A stretch of DNA of 64,000 nt, taken from a virus. Lineage: Duplodnaviria > Caudoviricetes. This document shows positions 55,273-64,000 of this stretch, piece by piece. Location of the stretch: the IMG/VR virus record IMGVR_UViG_3300044656_000238, positions 1 to 64,000 of that record; one strand, 5' to 3'. A program made the translations under genes and the position numbers. The notes beneath the pieces were generated by a model. The model was given only the letters and a program-made list of their open reading frames with translations. It was not told where the DNA came from and did no database searches. Position 1 is the stretch's first letter; each line of letters begins with the position of its first letter.

Positions 55273-55613
55273 CCTCCGGTCTCCTCCGCGATGCGCTGCG
55301 CGTCCTCGGCGACGTCGAGCGGGAACCGGGCCGTGGTCGTGTGCTCGGCCAGGCCAGCCCGGAGCACCTCGGTCTGGTCCGCGATGAGCTTCTCCAGCTG
55401 CTCCACCGCGAGCGTCAGCCGGCGGACCGCGTCAGCGTTGGCGCGGGTCTCGTCGCCGGCGCCGATGAGCGCCGCGATCAGGACGTCGGTCGACATGGGT
55501 GGAGGCTGGGCGGCCAGGCGGTTGTACTGCTGGACTGCGTAGTCGAGGTAGTTGTCGGGCGTCGTGTCGGGTGCCTGCGAGCCGGGTTGCGCGGCGGGGT
55601 CGGTGGCTGTCAA
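55269..55613 (-). CDS. Hypothetical protein
   Basis: TTG coupled to the upstream stop. Confidence 0.5.
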   Translation of the reverse strand: MTATDPAAQPGSQAPDTTPDNYLDYAVQQYNRLAAQPPPMSTDVLIAALIGAGDETRANADAVRRLTLAVEQLEKLIADQTEVLRAGLAEHTTTARFPLDVAEDAQRIAEETGG

Positions 55614-55909
55614 CGGTGGTCCTCTCGGTCGGCGGTGAACACGCGGAACGCGTAGACGGCGCCGGCGATGAGCACGGCGATCGCGGCCGCCATGTGCTCC
55701 CACTCGCCGTCCACGCCGAACTCCCAGGACTCCCAGCACAGCAGGCCGACGAAGGTGGCGAGGACTGCGGCGTCGAGGGCGATGGACCAGGGGCGGTCGC
55801 CGTGGCGGAGACCTGCGGCGAGCGCGCCGCGCCGCCGGGACCGCGTTCGTCGGGCGTGTTGGGGCGGCAGGAGTTGTGGGATGTCGGGGCGGTTGTGCAC
55901 TGCGGTCAC
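55610..55909 (-). CDS. Two-TM membrane protein
   Basis: Two hydrophobic segments. Confidence 0.5.
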   Translation of the reverse strand: MTAVHNRPDIPQLLPPQHARRTRSRRRGALAAGLRHGDRPWSIALDAAVLATFVGLLCWESWEFGVDGEWEHMAAAIAVLIAGAVYAFRVFTADREDHR

Positions 55910-56062
55910 GCTGGTGCTGCTTCCTGTGCGGGTTCGGGGGTGAGGTCGGGCCAATTCGGGCCGTCGGGGTCGCACTGCGGTGTCGGGTGCCGGTCGGACC
56001 AGGTGCCGTCCGGTCGTCGGATCGGGATGAGGCGCTTGCCGCACCGGGGATGGCGCAGGTCG

Positions 56063-56455
56063 TCATCTGCCTGGGGGCGCGGCGACGAACTCCTTCCTGA
56101 TGCCGCGCTTCGCCCGGATCTGGTCCAGCGGCTGCTCCGCGTCGTGGCTGGACACGCACTCGAACATGTCCCTGTCGGCCTCGATGCGGACCCATAGGTC
56201 GCCGTCGCCGTCGAGGAGGATCTCCGTTGGGGCTGGTGCTGGTTGCTTCGTGTCGAGTTCGGCAAGCCGCACGAGCGCATCGCCGGCTTGGACGAGCGTG
56301 GGCAGCAGGTAGTCAGGGATGTCGAGCGGGTCGGGTGTGTTCGTGAGGATCTGTTCGCCGTGGTCGGCGACGAGGGACAAGATCCGCTCGGCGCGGGCAC
56401 GGGCACGGGCGCTGAGATCGTCTGTGACGCTCTTGGCGGTGGTGTTGGCGGTCAC
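56063..56455 (-). CDS. Hypothetical protein
   Basis: GGAG RBS. DGDGDLW motif. Confidence 0.55.
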   Translation of the reverse strand: MTANTTAKSVTDDLSARARARAERILSLVADHGEQILTNTPDPLDIPDYLLPTLVQAGDALVRLAELDTKQPAPAPTEILLDGDGDLWVRIEADRDMFECVSSHDAEQPLDQIRAKRGIRKEFVAAPPGR

Positions 56456-56528
56456 CGGGGCTCCAGGGTGGAGTTCGGGGCGCACAGAGGCGCTGAGGGG
56501 GTGGGCGTGGTGTTGGGGCTGGCCATGG

Positions 56529-57386
56529 TCAGGCGCCCCGGACGATGCGAAGGCCGCCGTGGAGGCCGACACGGCAGCGGGAGCAGCGAGACGTCCCGTC
56601 GGGGAACGGGTCGACGGGCTTGCCGTGCTCGCAGGTGTCCGCCGCGGGTGGTTCCGGTGCCTCGCGCAGGTACCCGTGCGCACGGGGGACGCAAGTTTCA
56701 AGATCGAGTTGAGCGGGTGAAGAACCACCTACGGATCCCAAGCCAGGTGTTGAGGCCGCCGGGGTCTGGGGGGCGGCGGCACGGCCCCCAGTTCCATGTG
56801 GTGGATCAGTAACTGGGTCGGTGGGCACAGCGCCCGTCACATCACGGGCACAGCGCCCGTCACGTGACGGCGCAGCGCCCGTCACATCGCCATCCGCACT
56901 ATCCGATGTGACGCGCGCAGATCCCGTCACATCAACCTCGTCGACGGATGGCGTGACGGCGTCTGCGCCCGTCACATCGGCAGCGTCCGCCGCCTTCCGC
57001 CTAGCGCCCTCCTCCCGATGCCGGCGCATCCGCTCCGCACCCGCAGTCCTACGCGACCGTCTCTTCTCGGCGACGGTCTCTTTGTGCGACACCTCACGCT
57101 GCAACTCCATCGCTAGACGCCAGACGATCGCACCGCTCGGCCTCTTGCCATCACGCACGATCAGGCCCGCGGCTTCCAGCCGGCGCTGCGCACGACGAAT
57201 CGTCGACTCGTCGTACCCCGTGACGTCATCGATCAAATCCGGCCCCGGGAACGACTCCGTACCGTCCGGGTTGGCGTTCTCCGCCATCACGAACAGCACC
57301 GTCCGGGCCGTGCTGTCCGGCTGGCCGGCCTTCGTCATCAGCCTCGGGGCGTTGTACATCGCCCAGGTCATGGCCTCATGGCTCAA
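56529..57386 (-). CDS. HTH replication initiator (lambda O / RepA-like)
   Basis: MSHEAMTWA...VLFVMAENANPDG..SFPG...TIRRAQRRLEAAGLI motif, with internal DNA repeats. Confidence 0.7.
   Translation of the reverse strand: MSHEAMTWAMYNAPRLMTKAGQPDSTARTVLFVMAENANPDGTESFPGPDLIDDVTGYDESTIRRAQRRLEAAGLIVRDGKRPSGAIVWRLAMELQREVSHKETVAEKRRSRRTAGAERMRRHREEGARRKAADAADVTGADAVTPSVDEVDVTGSARVTSDSADGDVTGAAPSRDGRCARDVTGAVPTDPVTDPPHGTGGRAAAPQTPAASTPGLGSVGGSSPAQLDLETCVPRAHGYLREAPEPPAADTCEHGKPVDPFPDGTSRCSRCRVGLHGGLRIVRGA
56820..56980. repeat. Iteron-like repeats, probable replication origin
   Basis: Five CCCGTCAC(ATC) direct copies plus inverted GTGACG copies inside the initiator gene. Confidence 0.65.
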
Positions 57387-57535
57387 GAGCCACCACCGGC
57401 CATGACGCGCCCGCCGGGCGGCGGGGCAGGGATTGGCGGAGTTCCACGGCGGCTGTCCTCTTCGTACGGTGGTGCAGGACCTGGGGTGACTCGAACCTGG
57501 ATGTCGAAGCGCCACCGCGGCGCTACCCACGGCCG

Positions 57536-57787
57536 TCACGCGGGCACCTCCGCGTCTTCCGAGCGCACCGCGGGCAGTTCGTGAAGCCATGACAACAACG
57601 GGTCCGGCTCGTCGCCCTGCACGTCCGTGGCGGCCGCGTCCGGGCCCGTGGCCGCTTCCTGCACGGGCCCGGACGTAGCCATGGCCACCTCCGTCTCCCG
57701 ACCGGCGTACGAGCCGTAGAGGAGCCACACCAGGCCGGCGCCGCAGCCAGAGCTGAGCGCTATGCACGCGATGCCGATGGGGTTCAT
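57536..57787 (-). CDS. Small membrane-anchored protein
   Basis: N-terminal TM, coupled. Confidence 0.5.
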   Translation of the reverse strand: MNPIGIACIALSSGCGAGLVWLLYGSYAGRETEVAMATSGPVQEAATGPDAAATDVQGDEPDPLLSWLHELPAVRSEDAEVPA

Positions 57788-58323
57788 GCTGCTGCCTTCC
57801 TTGGTGCTGGCGTGGTGTCGCCGTTGTCGAGCAAGATCACGCGGCCAAGTCGGGCGTGGTCGACCGGCGTCTTCCAGGGCTTCAGTCCCTCGCGGAGAAG
57901 GAACCCGGCTTCCTCGTACTCCGCCCGGTGCCCGTTGGTGTTCGTGATACGCGCATGGCAGAACCGGTCGAGATGCACGAGATTCGAGAGCTTGTTGATC
58001 CATGGACGCTTCGTGCCGCCGGCCTTGCGGCCGAGCCGGTGATGCGCCTCCGTCGCCGGCCGCACCCCGCAGTACTCGCAGAACCCGCCGCTTCGCTTCG
58101 CCAGGTCGTCCTTCACGGTCTTGGGCGGCCCGGTGTACCGCGGGCGCTTCCGCGGCTTCTCTGACGTCTTCAGCTCGGTCTTGCGCGCCAGCGGCGTCTC
58201 CCGCTTCAACTCCTTCGTGCCGCGACCGAGCTCCGTACGACGCTGCAACGGTGCGCCCTGGCTCAGAGCGGCCGTCCTCTGCGTCATCGGCTTCTTGCGG
58301 CGAGGCATCGGTGACTGCTTCAC
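57784..58323 (-). CDS. HNH endonuclease
   Basis: RSGGFCEYCG...AHHR...SNLVHL..FCH motif. Confidence 0.75.
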   Translation of the reverse strand: MKQSPMPRRKKPMTQRTAALSQGAPLQRRTELGRGTKELKRETPLARKTELKTSEKPRKRPRYTGPPKTVKDDLAKRSGGFCEYCGVRPATEAHHRLGRKAGGTKRPWINKLSNLVHLDRFCHARITNTNGHRAEYEEAGFLLREGLKPWKTPVDHARLGRVILLDNGDTTPAPRKAAA

Positions 58324-58886
58324 GGAGTCACCGCCGTGATCGCGTCGTCGAGCAGGCCCAGCGTAAGCTCCCAGGCCCGTCGTCGAGCCGTCCACTGCTC
58401 GTGCACGTGGTCGTTGCACAGGTGGCGGATGTGCCAGCCCTCGGGATCCGGCCACAGCTCCTTCGGCCGCATCAGCTGCTTCCACCGCGGCAGCGGCAGA
58501 CTCTCCACCCAGCCGGCGATCTCGACCCTGCGCGGGTCGTCCCCGATCAGCTCGGCCAGCTCCTGCCAGGTGACGAGATGGGCCGGGGTGCGGTCCCAAC
58601 CCCACGTCTCGCCCCGGTCGTGCGCACCCGACCACCACTCCTGGGCGACCTCGAACCTCAGCCCGGCCCTGCACACGCAATACGCCCAGTTCCCGGACGC
58701 GTGCGGTTGCCGGGTGTCTGCCGGGTTGTGATACGCCAGCTCGACGATGTTCTCCAGCGCGGTGGGGACCGCCTCACGCAGGCAGACAAGGGCGTCACGG
58801 AGCCGCCGTTGCTCGGCGACGTGGCGCTTCTGCTCCGCCGCGACCACCTCGCCGAACAGATCAAGCTGGGTCACGGTGTCAGGCAC
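58320..58886 (-). CDS. Hypothetical protein
   Basis: QLDLFG N-terminus, GGAGG RBS. Confidence 0.6.
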   Translation of the reverse strand: MPDTVTQLDLFGEVVAAEQKRHVAEQRRLRDALVCLREAVPTALENIVELAYHNPADTRQPHASGNWAYCVCRAGLRFEVAQEWWSGAHDRGETWGWDRTPAHLVTWQELAELIGDDPRRVEIAGWVESLPLPRWKQLMRPKELWPDPEGWHIRHLCNDHVHEQWTARRRAWELTLGLLDDAITAVTP

Positions 58887-59358
58887 GGCGGTCACCACCT
58901 TCGTCCGCGCAGCACTCGGCGCGCCAACCCCGCTGGAGATCCATCCGGATCGCAGCGCCGACGGGGAACCGCTCGCCACACACGTCGCAAGACCCTGCAT
59001 ATCTGGCTGCGAACCAGTTGGGCATCGCGAGCAGACGGGCACGGAACTGAAGCGTTTCCTGGTCAGTGTCTGCACCGCCCCGGTGAACAGGGCAGGCGCA
59101 CTGGTCCACGAGCAGCTCGGTCAGGTCGCACCGCTCCTCGCTCAACGCGGGCAGTTGGTTCGTCCGATACCAGTCGCAGGCCCGAGACATCGCCGCCAGG
59201 TGCGCGCCCGGGTTTGCCAGGTGGTTGTCGGTGATCGACTCTTGCAGCTCGCGCGGGAGCCGCCTCCAGCACGCTGAGCAGGCGAACAGTGCGCGTGGCA
59301 CGCGGCGTCCGCACTTGCCCGGGCACAGGTGGGTCGTGGACGGGCGGCCGCTAGCCAC
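58879..59358 (-). CDS. Multi-Zn-finger protein
   Basis: HLCP..C...FAC..CW and ARYAGSCDVCG motifs. Confidence 0.6.
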   Translation of the reverse strand: MASGRPSTTHLCPGKCGRRVPRALFACSACWRRLPRELQESITDNHLANPGAHLAAMSRACDWYRTNQLPALSEERCDLTELLVDQCACPVHRGGADTDQETLQFRARLLAMPNWFAARYAGSCDVCGERFPVGAAIRMDLQRGWRAECCADEGGDRRA

Positions 59359-59623
59359 GGGGCACCGTCCCGTCGCGGAGCGCGTGGAGTGTCTGCGGGC
59401 CACCGAGACAGGTCAGCGCTTGGTCCGGCGGTGCGCCGTGGAGAATCGCCCGAAGAACGTCGACAGGCACCAGCACTCTCACGGTCTCGCCGCGAGCGAT
59501 CCGCCACGCCTGCTTGTAGTCGTTGTTCACGTCATAGCACGGGGTGCACAGCTTCGTGCCTGCCCTCTTGTGGGCCGAGACGCCGGCGATGCTGCCGTGC
59601 TCGGCTGGCGTCGTGTCAGGCAC
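59351..59623 (-). CDS. Small Zn-binding protein
   Basis: HGS..G...H...G...CTPC motif. Confidence 0.6.
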   Translation of the reverse strand: MPDTTPAEHGSIAGVSAHKRAGTKLCTPCYDVNNDYKQAWRIARGETVRVLVPVDVLRAILHGAPPDQALTCLGGPQTLHALRDGTVPRG

Positions 59624-60269
59624 TCGCGGCCTCCTCGTCGTGGCGGCCGGACGGACAGTGCTGGATGACCTGCTCGCGGGTCAGTCCGATGCGATTCAGT
59701 AGTTGGGTGACCATGCGCGGCACGGTCCGTGGCGAGTAGTGCAGGCGGGCGGCGATCTGGGCGTTGGTTAGGCCGTCTTCGATCAGCCCTAGCAGCTCCT
59801 CCTCGCGGGACGTCAACGCAGAAAGATCGACTCGTTCCAACGCGTCGGCCGCCGTTTCGACGACTGCGCCGATTGTGGCGAGACGCACGATCCCCCGGAG
59901 ATGGGCGCGGACAACGACATCGGCCCGGCTATGGGCGCCGAGTTTGGCCATGATGCGCCGCACGTGGGTCTTGACGCTCTCGACGCTCACGTACAGCTGG
60001 GCAGCGATAGCAGTGTTGTCCAGGCCGGCGGCGACCAGGCGGAGGACTTCCAGTTGCCGATCGGTGAGATCGGCGGCGCGCATGTCGAGGGTGGTGACGA
60101 CGGGGACGAGGGCCTCGTGCGGTTCGATGCGGCGGAACACGCCGGGGTGGCCGTCGACCTCGATCACAGGCGGTGTGCCTGGTGTGGTTGTGGTGGCGAT
60201 GACGCCGAGGGTGAACGCGATTACGGGGGTTCCAGGAGGGAACACACTGGTTGGGGTGTGGCCCGGCAT
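59616..60269 (-). CDS. Tandem LuxR-type HTH regulator
   Basis: LTDRQLEVLRLVAAGLDNTAIAAQLYVSVESVKTHV and LTSREEELL...GLTNAQIAARL. Confidence 0.85.
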   Translation of the reverse strand: MPGHTPTSVFPPGTPVIAFTLGVIATTTTPGTPPVIEVDGHPGVFRRIEPHEALVPVVTTLDMRAADLTDRQLEVLRLVAAGLDNTAIAAQLYVSVESVKTHVRRIMAKLGAHSRADVVVRAHLRGIVRLATIGAVVETAADALERVDLSALTSREEELLGLIEDGLTNAQIAARLHYSPRTVPRMVTQLLNRIGLTREQVIQHCPSGRHDEEAASA

Positions 60270-60772
60270 TACTCACCTGCCGATGCGGTCGCGGCCGGGG
60301 TGTGAGCGAGAACGTCGAGGCAGTGCAACGGTTGCTCGCCTGCGGCGATTCGTTTCGCGTCGTCGTCGGCCCGCGCCCGGTCCGCCCAGCGCGCGGGGTT
60401 GCCGTCCCAGCGGGCGACTGGCTGGCCGTTCCCGTCGTGCTTGATCATGTACCAGTAGCCGAGCGGCTCGACCACGAACTCGGGTTCCTGCACGGGCTCC
60501 GGTTCGGACAGCAACCGGTATCCGGTGGAGGTTGGGTACAGCCGGCGCGCCAGGATCGTGCGCTTCAGGCCACGCGTGTCCGTCACCGAGAACGTGTTGG
60601 CGTCGAACTGGGCCTGCTTCTCGGCGCTCATCGTGAGCACGGTGACCTCGACGCTGTGCGGCTCGCCGTCGCTGTCGCAGTTGATGGCGTCGATGCGGAC
60701 GGTGCGGCCGGCTTCGCGCTTGTCGTTGTCGGCCCACACCTGCCCGACGCGCACCGCTGGAGTGGTCACCAC
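60269..60772 (-). CDS. Hypothetical protein
   Basis: VRVGQVWADND.R..GR motif. Confidence 0.6.
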   Translation of the reverse strand: MVTTPAVRVGQVWADNDKREAGRTVRIDAINCDSDGEPHSVEVTVLTMSAEKQAQFDANTFSVTDTRGLKRTILARRLYPTSTGYRLLSEPEPVQEPEFVVEPLGYWYMIKHDGNGQPVARWDGNPARWADRARADDDAKRIAAGEQPLHCLDVLAHTPAATASAGE

Positions 60773-60825
60773 GGTGCACCACAAGCTTCGGAGGCAATCC
60801 AGTAGTCGTCCATCAGGTCGTTCCC

Positions 60826-61629
60826 TTAGATGTGGCAGTCGAGGGCGACGAGAAACGCGTCCTGCGGCAGCGAGTCGAGGTACTTGTTTGCCTCGCGCAC
60901 GTAGTAGGCGTAGCTGTCCGGGTCGTCGTCGGACATGCCGAACCAGCCCATCCGACCGGGAGCCATCCAGCGACCGTCGGCACGGACTGTGGCGTAGCCA
61001 GGCACGGCGCGGTCCCGCTGCTGCTGCACGTACTCGTCGCGGGTCAGATGATCGAAGGTGTCCTCGCTCGCCAGGCCGGCCGCTACCCGGCCACGGTCGT
61101 ATGCCTCTTCCACCAACTGCTTCCACGGCTTCGGTGCGCTCTGCTCGGATAGCTCGACTCGGGCTCGGAACTCTGACCACGGTGTGTGCTGCGGGGTGCC
61201 GTGAATCGCGGCGGCATACTCGTTCCAGTCCTTCTCGGCCTTGTCTCCGGCCTCGTCCCGCTTGCGCTTCAGGTCGAGGGCCCGAATTCGGCCGCCGTCG
61301 CAGTAGCCCGCTGTCGGAAGGTCGTGGAACTCCGGGAAGTGCCCGCGGTACTCGGCGGCGATCAGTTCCGGCGCGCCATCGACCGACTCGGCCTCGTTGA
61401 CCACGGTTGGGGGGGCGGCACCGTCAGCGATCGGGAAGTAGCCGCGCCACCGGCCGCCGATCAGCCAGTAGTCCCACTTGGCCTGCGGGTTGCGCCAGTA
61501 GGTCTCGCCATCCTCCTCGTAGGACTCGACTTCCTTGTTCTCGTCGAACGGGTCCAGCAGGGCCGCAAGGGCACTGCCGACGTCCTCGGTTTCGGCGGGC
61601 AGCGCGACGACGACGGAGAAGTGGCTCAT
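60826..61629 (-). CDS. Conserved phage hypothetical protein
   Basis: MSHF.V.V...NPQAKWDYW.IGGRW...GRMGWFG...DCHI motif. Confidence 0.75.
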   Translation of the reverse strand: MSHFSVVVALPAETEDVGSALAALLDPFDENKEVESYEEDGETYWRNPQAKWDYWLIGGRWRGYFPIADGAAPPTVVNEAESVDGAPELIAAEYRGHFPEFHDLPTAGYCDGGRIRALDLKRKRDEAGDKAEKDWNEYAAAIHGTPQHTPWSEFRARVELSEQSAPKPWKQLVEEAYDRGRVAAGLASEDTFDHLTRDEYVQQQRDRAVPGYATVRADGRWMAPGRMGWFGMSDDDPDSYAYYVREANKYLDSLPQDAFLVALDCHI

Positions 61630-61895
61630 GACGTAGCTCCAAGGGGGTTGATTAGGTCGGCGCGGATGATCAGCTCGTGCGCGAGCTCCCGGGCCCGCTG
61701 GGGAGTCAACGGCATCACGATCGTCGAGCTTCCGTTGCTGCTGCCCACGTTCACCGACGAGTCACCGGGCCTCGTGTTGTCCACCCACAGCTCGCACGAC
61801 GTTTGCTCCGGGTCACCGGCCCACACGACGGCCACCCGCTCGACCGCTGCGGTCTCGATCGGCGGCGGAATGATGAATCCACTGGCGTCGCTCAT
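61626..61895 (-). CDS. Hypothetical protein
   Basis: Coupled. Confidence 0.5.
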   Translation of the reverse strand: MSDASGFIIPPPIETAAVERVAVVWAGDPEQTSCELWVDNTRPGDSSVNVGSSNGSSTIVMPLTPQRARELAHELIIRADLINPLGATS

Positions 61896-62182
61896 GAGCT
61901 GCACGCTCCCGGGGTGTCGCAGTTGGGATTGCCGCACACGCTGCACGTCGTGCCGGCCGTGATGTCGAGGCCCCACAAGCGCCGTGCGACTGGCAGCGCG
62001 CCGGCGAGCACTTCGCGGGCCAGTTCCGGGGCCTCATAGTCGCGGGCCCACCCGTTGTCGACCAGAACCTTGGCGCCGGCGGCGACGATGGCCGGGTCGA
62101 CCTCCACCAGGTCGGTCGGGTTCTGCTCGGGGCCGTCCGGTACAACGCCGAGAACCCCGTCACGACCTTCCAAGACCGGCAT
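61892..62182 (-). CDS. Hypothetical protein
   Basis: GAGGAGG RBS, coupled. Confidence 0.55.
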   Translation of the reverse strand: MPVLEGRDGVLGVVPDGPEQNPTDLVEVDPAIVAAGAKVLVDNGWARDYEAPELAREVLAGALPVARRLWGLDITAGTTCSVCGNPNCDTPGACSS

Positions 62183-62793
62183 CAGAACGACACCTCCTCA
62201 GCCTGCCTGGTCTCGATCTCGGGCTGTTCGACGGCCTGCCCGCAGTGCGAGCGGAGGTGGTCGGCGGCGCGCCGGTGGACCTGCAACATCCCGCCGATCT
62301 CTTCGGCGTCGACGAGGTCAGCAGAACCGCACAGCGCGCAGTCGATGAACCACTGCGCCCCGTTGCCCGAGTGACGGATCGTGGTCACAGCCTCGGCAAT
62401 GACACGCAGCTGGGCCGTCAACTCGGCATATGCCTCGACCAAATAGCGAACCTGGGTAGGCGCGTGCCCGACGCAGACGCGCACACCTGGCATGGCATCG
62501 GCCGCGATCCGCTGCGCCTCGTCGGCTTCGCGCGCCTTGTACTCGGCCTGACGGACCTTGATCCGCATCAGGTCGATCTCGGAACACTCACCGCCGGTGG
62601 ACGCCGGGTGCCGGACACTGCCGGAGCAGCTACACCCGACCTCCGGGTCCTGGCAGTCGTGGACGTTCAGGGCCTGCTCGGCGTTCCACAGGGCGTTGAA
62701 CCAGTCCTCCAAGGACACGTTCGACTGCCGGTAGCCGCCGATCAGGTCAGTGATACAGGACTTGAGGTGTGCGACCTGCTGTTCGAGGTTCAC
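62182..62793 (-). CDS. Hypothetical protein
   Basis: Coupled. C-terminal CxxC...H...H. Confidence 0.55.
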   Translation of the reverse strand: MNLEQQVAHLKSCITDLIGGYRQSNVSLEDWFNALWNAEQALNVHDCQDPEVGCSCSGSVRHPASTGGECSEIDLMRIKVRQAEYKAREADEAQRIAADAMPGVRVCVGHAPTQVRYLVEAYAELTAQLRVIAEAVTTIRHSGNGAQWFIDCALCGSADLVDAEEIGGMLQVHRRAADHLRSHCGQAVEQPEIETRQAEEVSF

Positions 62794-63572
62794 TGGTGGC
62801 TCACCGCCTTCGGCAGCTCGCTGACGCCGGCACCGCGGAGCGGCCACTCACGCTCGATCACGATCGCCGCGATCTCGGCCGCGGTCGCGCCCTCGCTGCG
62901 CTTGGTGTTGCGCAGCCAGCCCTCGAACTCGACTGCCCACGCCCGGTGCGCCTGGGCCTGCCACGCGTGCAGCTCATGGAGCGGCATGCCGGCGATGTTC
63001 GGGTGCCGCTTCGCCAGGGCCACGGTGAGCTGTGCCGTCGCCAGTGCGTCACCGTCGGAGGTGTGCGCGGCGGCCTCGGACAGGTCCACGCCGTAGTGCT
63101 TGCAGACCATGCCGAGCTTGCGCTTGCCCCGCCGGTAGCGGTCCACCGCGCGGTCGATGACGTACGGGTCGACCACCGGGCCGACCTGACCGATGCCGTG
63201 CCCGTGGTGGCGGCGCAGCTCGGCGTCCAACACCGTCAGGTCGAACGAGGCGTTGAAAGCGATCACCGGGGCGTCGTGCTCCCACGCCACCTGTAGCTGC
63301 TCGTGCAACTCCTGGCATACCTCGGCGGCCGGACGGCCATGCGCGCGGGCGTGGTCGGTGGTGATGCCGTGCACTGCGGTGGCCTCGGCGGGGATGTCCA
63401 CGCCCGGGTCGGCCAGCCAGGTCTCGGAGTCCGTCGCGCCGGACAGCGGCTCCATCCACACCAGGGCTGCGGTGACGATCCGCGCCGCGGCCGGCTGGGG
63501 GCCCGTGGTCTCCAGGTCGAAACAGACCAGCGGCCTGTCCATCCAGGACGTCGCGTTGTCGTTGTCGCTCAA
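62790..63572 (-). CDS. DnaQ/DNA pol III epsilon-like 3'-5' exonuclease
   Basis: FDLETTG, AVHGIT, FNASFD and AHTSDGDA motifs (DEDDh). Confidence 0.9.
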   Translation of the reverse strand: MSDNDNATSWMDRPLVCFDLETTGPQPAAARIVTAALVWMEPLSGATDSETWLADPGVDIPAEATAVHGITTDHARAHGRPAAEVCQELHEQLQVAWEHDAPVIAFNASFDLTVLDAELRRHHGHGIGQVGPVVDPYVIDRAVDRYRRGKRKLGMVCKHYGVDLSEAAAHTSDGDALATAQLTVALAKRHPNIAGMPLHELHAWQAQAHRAWAVEFEGWLRNTKRSEGATAAEIAAIVIEREWPLRGAGVSELPKAVSHQ

Positions 63573-63588
63573 GGCAATCTCTCTCAGG

Positions 63589-63906
63589 TCAGTGGTTGTG
63601 CCGCAGGTACAGGGCCATCTCGCCGCGCGGTCCGATGTGCGCGTCCAGAGCGGCCCAGTAGTCGGCCATGAAGGTGAAGGCGGGGGCAGTGCGCGGGTCG
63701 GCGGTGGCGAGCCACTCGGCGGCAATCTGGCGGGCCCGCACGATGGTCTTGGGGCGGCGCAGGATCTGCCGGTTCGCGAACCACGCGCCCTTCGACGGGA
63801 AGTAGTGGGGCTCCGGGGCCGGGGTCGGCTGGTAGCCGACCCTCGTGCCCGGGACGCCCGCCGCGAGCGCGGTGTTCGCCCGCGCCCGCGGCATCGTCGC
63901 CGTCAT
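63589..63906 (-). CDS. Hypothetical protein
   Basis: ATG coupled to an upstream ORF that enters from the window edge. Confidence 0.5.
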   Translation of the reverse strand: MTATMPRARANTALAAGVPGTRVGYQPTPAPEPHYFPSKGAWFANRQILRRPKTIVRARQIAAEWLATADPRTAPAFTFMADYWAALDAHIGPRGEMALYLRHNH

Positions 63907-64000
63907 GACCCGATCCCCACCGGCTCGCCCTTGGCGTGGCCGTTGACCGGCGCCGGATCGAGCTTCGCGACCCGCGCCGCCTGCACCTCCAGGCGCTTGC

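Overview
This 64-kb window is a continuous stretch of a high-GC (about 70%) actinobacterial siphophage or prophage, almost all on the minus strand. The order from right to left is as follows. (1) A replication/early block at about 56.5-64 kb has a DnaQ-like exonuclease, a tandem LuxR-HTH protein, an HNH nuclease and an HTH replication initiator with internal iterons. (2) An accessory region of about 33 kb holds dozens of short, translationally coupled ORFs, many Cys/His-rich. It also holds an RNase AS-like exonuclease, a ROT/TROVE-like TerD-domain protein followed by a small structured RNA, a Fido-like protein, a tyrosine recombinase with its own 11-6-11 palindromic site, SLOG and vWA proteins, three DUF6221-like genes and several self-regulated cassettes. 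(3) A late block has fibre-like structural genes, a T5orf172/GIY-YIG gene, two ParB-methyltransferase paralogues (one frameshifted), TerS, TerL, portal, minor head, ClpP-type protease, HK97 capsid, head-tail proteins, two tail-tube paralogues, a tail assembly chaperone with a -1 slippery site, and the 5' part of the tape measure gene. I saw no tRNA, rRNA, CRISPR array, endolysin or att-flanked host DNA. Family names come from recognising motifs by eye, not from database searches.
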